Assembly: GCA_030390025.1 (NCBI GenBank)
Contig: CM059432.1
Span: 145,392,001-145,456,000 of the forward strand
Length of the DNA stretch: 64,000 nucleotides
Direction: 5' to 3'
Origin: Squalus acanthias
Lineage: Eukaryota
Position 1 is the first letter of the stretch. Each line of letters begins with the position of its first letter. This document shows positions 61,642 through 64,000 of the stretch, in pieces. The translations under genes were made by a program, and so were the position numbers. The notes under the pieces were generated by a model that saw only the letters and a program-made list of their open reading frames with translations, was not told the DNA's origin and did no database searches.

Positions 61642-62435
61642 GTATTTCAACTTTCCCAACCGATCCGCCTCCGTTCACGCCCGGAATTTTCCGGGGTCCG
61701 TGCAGACGCGAACGGAGGCGGGTCGGGTGGTAAAGTCGAAATATCTTAGAGCGGGTCAGGAGCCTGCCGTCATCCCGCACCTACGCGCCTTTCCCTCGAC
61801 CGCGTTTGCCGGAGCGGCAGCGACCCGAACAGCGGGGGCGGGCGACGCAATTTAAAGGATTATTAGCTTATTGTCAGACCCTTAAGAGTCTTTTTAGCCT
61901 TACCTTTCTAATTTCACTGGACGCCCACGGGACTCACGCTGCTCGGGAACCACACGTCTGTCAACCTGAGGTGGGCCATTGATCCAGCTGATTAGTTGAC
62001 AGCATCAAATGTAATATAAAAGCTTCCACCTGACAGCTGATCACGTCCCTCAGACAGAAGCTATTGCTAACTGCATTCCCAGAACAAATTGAGCTTTCTG
62101 TAGGCTGCAAGTCTTTCCAGCAAAGTTTCCATCCAGTGTTACCTCATTGGAAGAACCTCTCTCACCACTGACAGATTGCTTCTGTCATCTCTACTTCACC
62201 TGCCATGTGTTCCATCAACATGGGTGCCCTTTATACTGTCTCACCTTGGTCCTCAGAATCTGACCACGATGAGCCTCAACACCAGCAGCACCAGGCACAC
62301 CAGCAGCACCAACAACAACAACACCAACCTTCTCCGCAATCACCTGATGCTGCACAGGACAGAGGGCATCAGCACCCGAGCACATTGCTGCCCGGGATGG
62401 CTTCATCATGGCAAGATTTACTTAACTTTATGCTA

Positions 62436-62597
62436 TGATGTGGAGATGCCAGTGTTGGACTGGGGTGGACAAATGTGAGAAGTCGTACAACACCAGGTTA
62501 TAGTCCAACAGCTTTATTTGAAATCACAAGCTTTCGGAGCGCTGCCACCTGACGAAGCTGTTGGACTATCACCTGGTGTTGTGCGACTTCTCTAACT
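62436..62597. mobile_element. Short Penelope-related repeat with internal inversion
   Basis: 62436-62545 matches 8735-8845; followed by inverted cacctgacgaa...ctgttggactat.acctggtgttgtgcgacttct. Confidence 0.65.
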
Positions 62598-63109
62598 TTA
62601 TGCTGTACACCCATATGGCTGCGACATGATGCACCAGGTTGGTACCACCCCACAACACCATAAAGCATCCCTACAATGACCAAGCCATTCCTTTCACACT
62701 CACCACCATTGCTGGAGGTACAATTTTGTCTCACCATTCACTGCAACTCACTAAGCCACTTCCAAAGGTGCACACAAATCTTTGCAAGACCGGAAAGTGT
62801 TGAAAATAAAGATTTTTATGTTTGACAGCACAATAACGGAAACTTTACATAAACTTTGGATAAAACACCCATGTGGCTACCCTTGTGAATCTACCCGAGT
62901 CATCTTTCTCTTCCGCGTGCTTCTACAAGGTGCTACCCCTGTGGCTTCAGCAGAGGTAGAGGCAGCCTGCTCACTTCCCTGCTGTCAAGAAGCTGGAGAG
63001 CACCTTGCTGCACATCAGTGGGGTCATGAGGACCCACGTCTACGCTGACATCTTTCCTAGAGAAGAGGTCTATGAGCCACTGCCATCTATTCTCCATAAA
63101 TAGCCTTCT

Positions 63110-63915
63110 ATTCTACGTAGAAACCATGTGCACCTGTGAGTGGCACATTAGCTGCTCCATGTAAGTGGCCATCCTATCCATGGAGGTGCCTACAGTCGCC
63201 ATCGCCTGTGACACGATGTTGCTCATGTTGGAGATGGACTCCTCCATTGTCTGAACATTTGCAGACATCGCACTCACAAAACCTGTCAGAGCCCCCTGCA
63301 CTTCTTCCTGCACCTCCAGGATCGCCCTCTTTCTGGATGCCCCCCGCCCCCCCGAGGCTCAGCGTCTGCATGCAGATGAGCAGAGCTAGGACAGTCCTGT
63401 GCCCTCCGGTGAGGACTCTCTACTGCTGTCCCTGTCTCCACCATCTGCTCATGCTCACTTGTGAGTTGTGAGACACCAGGTGACAACACTACTCGATGTC
63501 GCGTGGGACCCACCCAGGTGTGCGTATCTGCGCTGCTGCTGGGTGCACTTATGTCTAGTGACGGTGCGCCCTCAGAGGCTGGAGGCTCCTCTGAGGAGTT
63601 CTCTTCCTCTTCCTCCTGGAACGTTGGTGGGGGGTGGGGCGCTCTTGATGGACCCGTGGGAGAGTAAAGAGATGAGCTGGATATGCCATATGAAGAATGG
63701 GTACACATACCATTATGCACATGATCACCATTCAGTGGCTGATGACATCAGTCCCCATATGAGTGACTGATGTATGCCACGTAGCTGTATGATATGCAGT
63801 TCTGTCACCAGGTTGCAGAGATGTCCCTCTCTCTCCGTCTCCCACCTCCTTTGCTGTTGTGAGGGTGGAAAATGATGGAGGCCCACCTCCAGTTCTCTCC
63901 CGCTCCCTCTTATTG
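63110..63915 (-). pseudogene. Second, inverted degenerate copy of the Harbinger Myb gene 3' part
   Basis: Reverse complement closely matches 60938-61641. Confidence 0.8.
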
Positions 63916-64000
63916 TGCACTCTCTGGGTGGTCATTTGGAAATAGATGTGACAACAGGTTCATCTGCATTGGAAACACCTTACGGACTGCTATCCTGAAG

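Overview
Eukaryotic, repeat-rich vertebrate DNA, most likely a cartilaginous fish (inferred from HER1/CR1-like LINEs, HE1-like and Deu-domain SINEs). Two convergent host genes are partly present. On + is the last coding exon of an SFRP4-like gene (2226-2408). On - are ten phase-compatible exons of an NME8/TXNDC3-like gene with three NDK-like domains (59299 down to 5695), whose terminal exon encodes about 34 copies of an acidic 14-aa repeat and carries a 1-bp frameshift. The introns hold: an apparently intact two-gene PIF/Harbinger transposon (DDE transposase plus spliced Myb/SANT gene) in tandem with its own deletion derivative; a 16-kb multi-level nest of LINEs and DNA transposons inside a dead Harbinger transposase; a 5.2-kb inverted Penelope-like (RT + GIY-YIG) insertion; several minimal hammerhead-ribozyme motifs in Penelope-related repeats; a Vingi/Ingi-like LINE; and multiple MITEs and SINEs. 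All family names come from motif recognition, not database searches.
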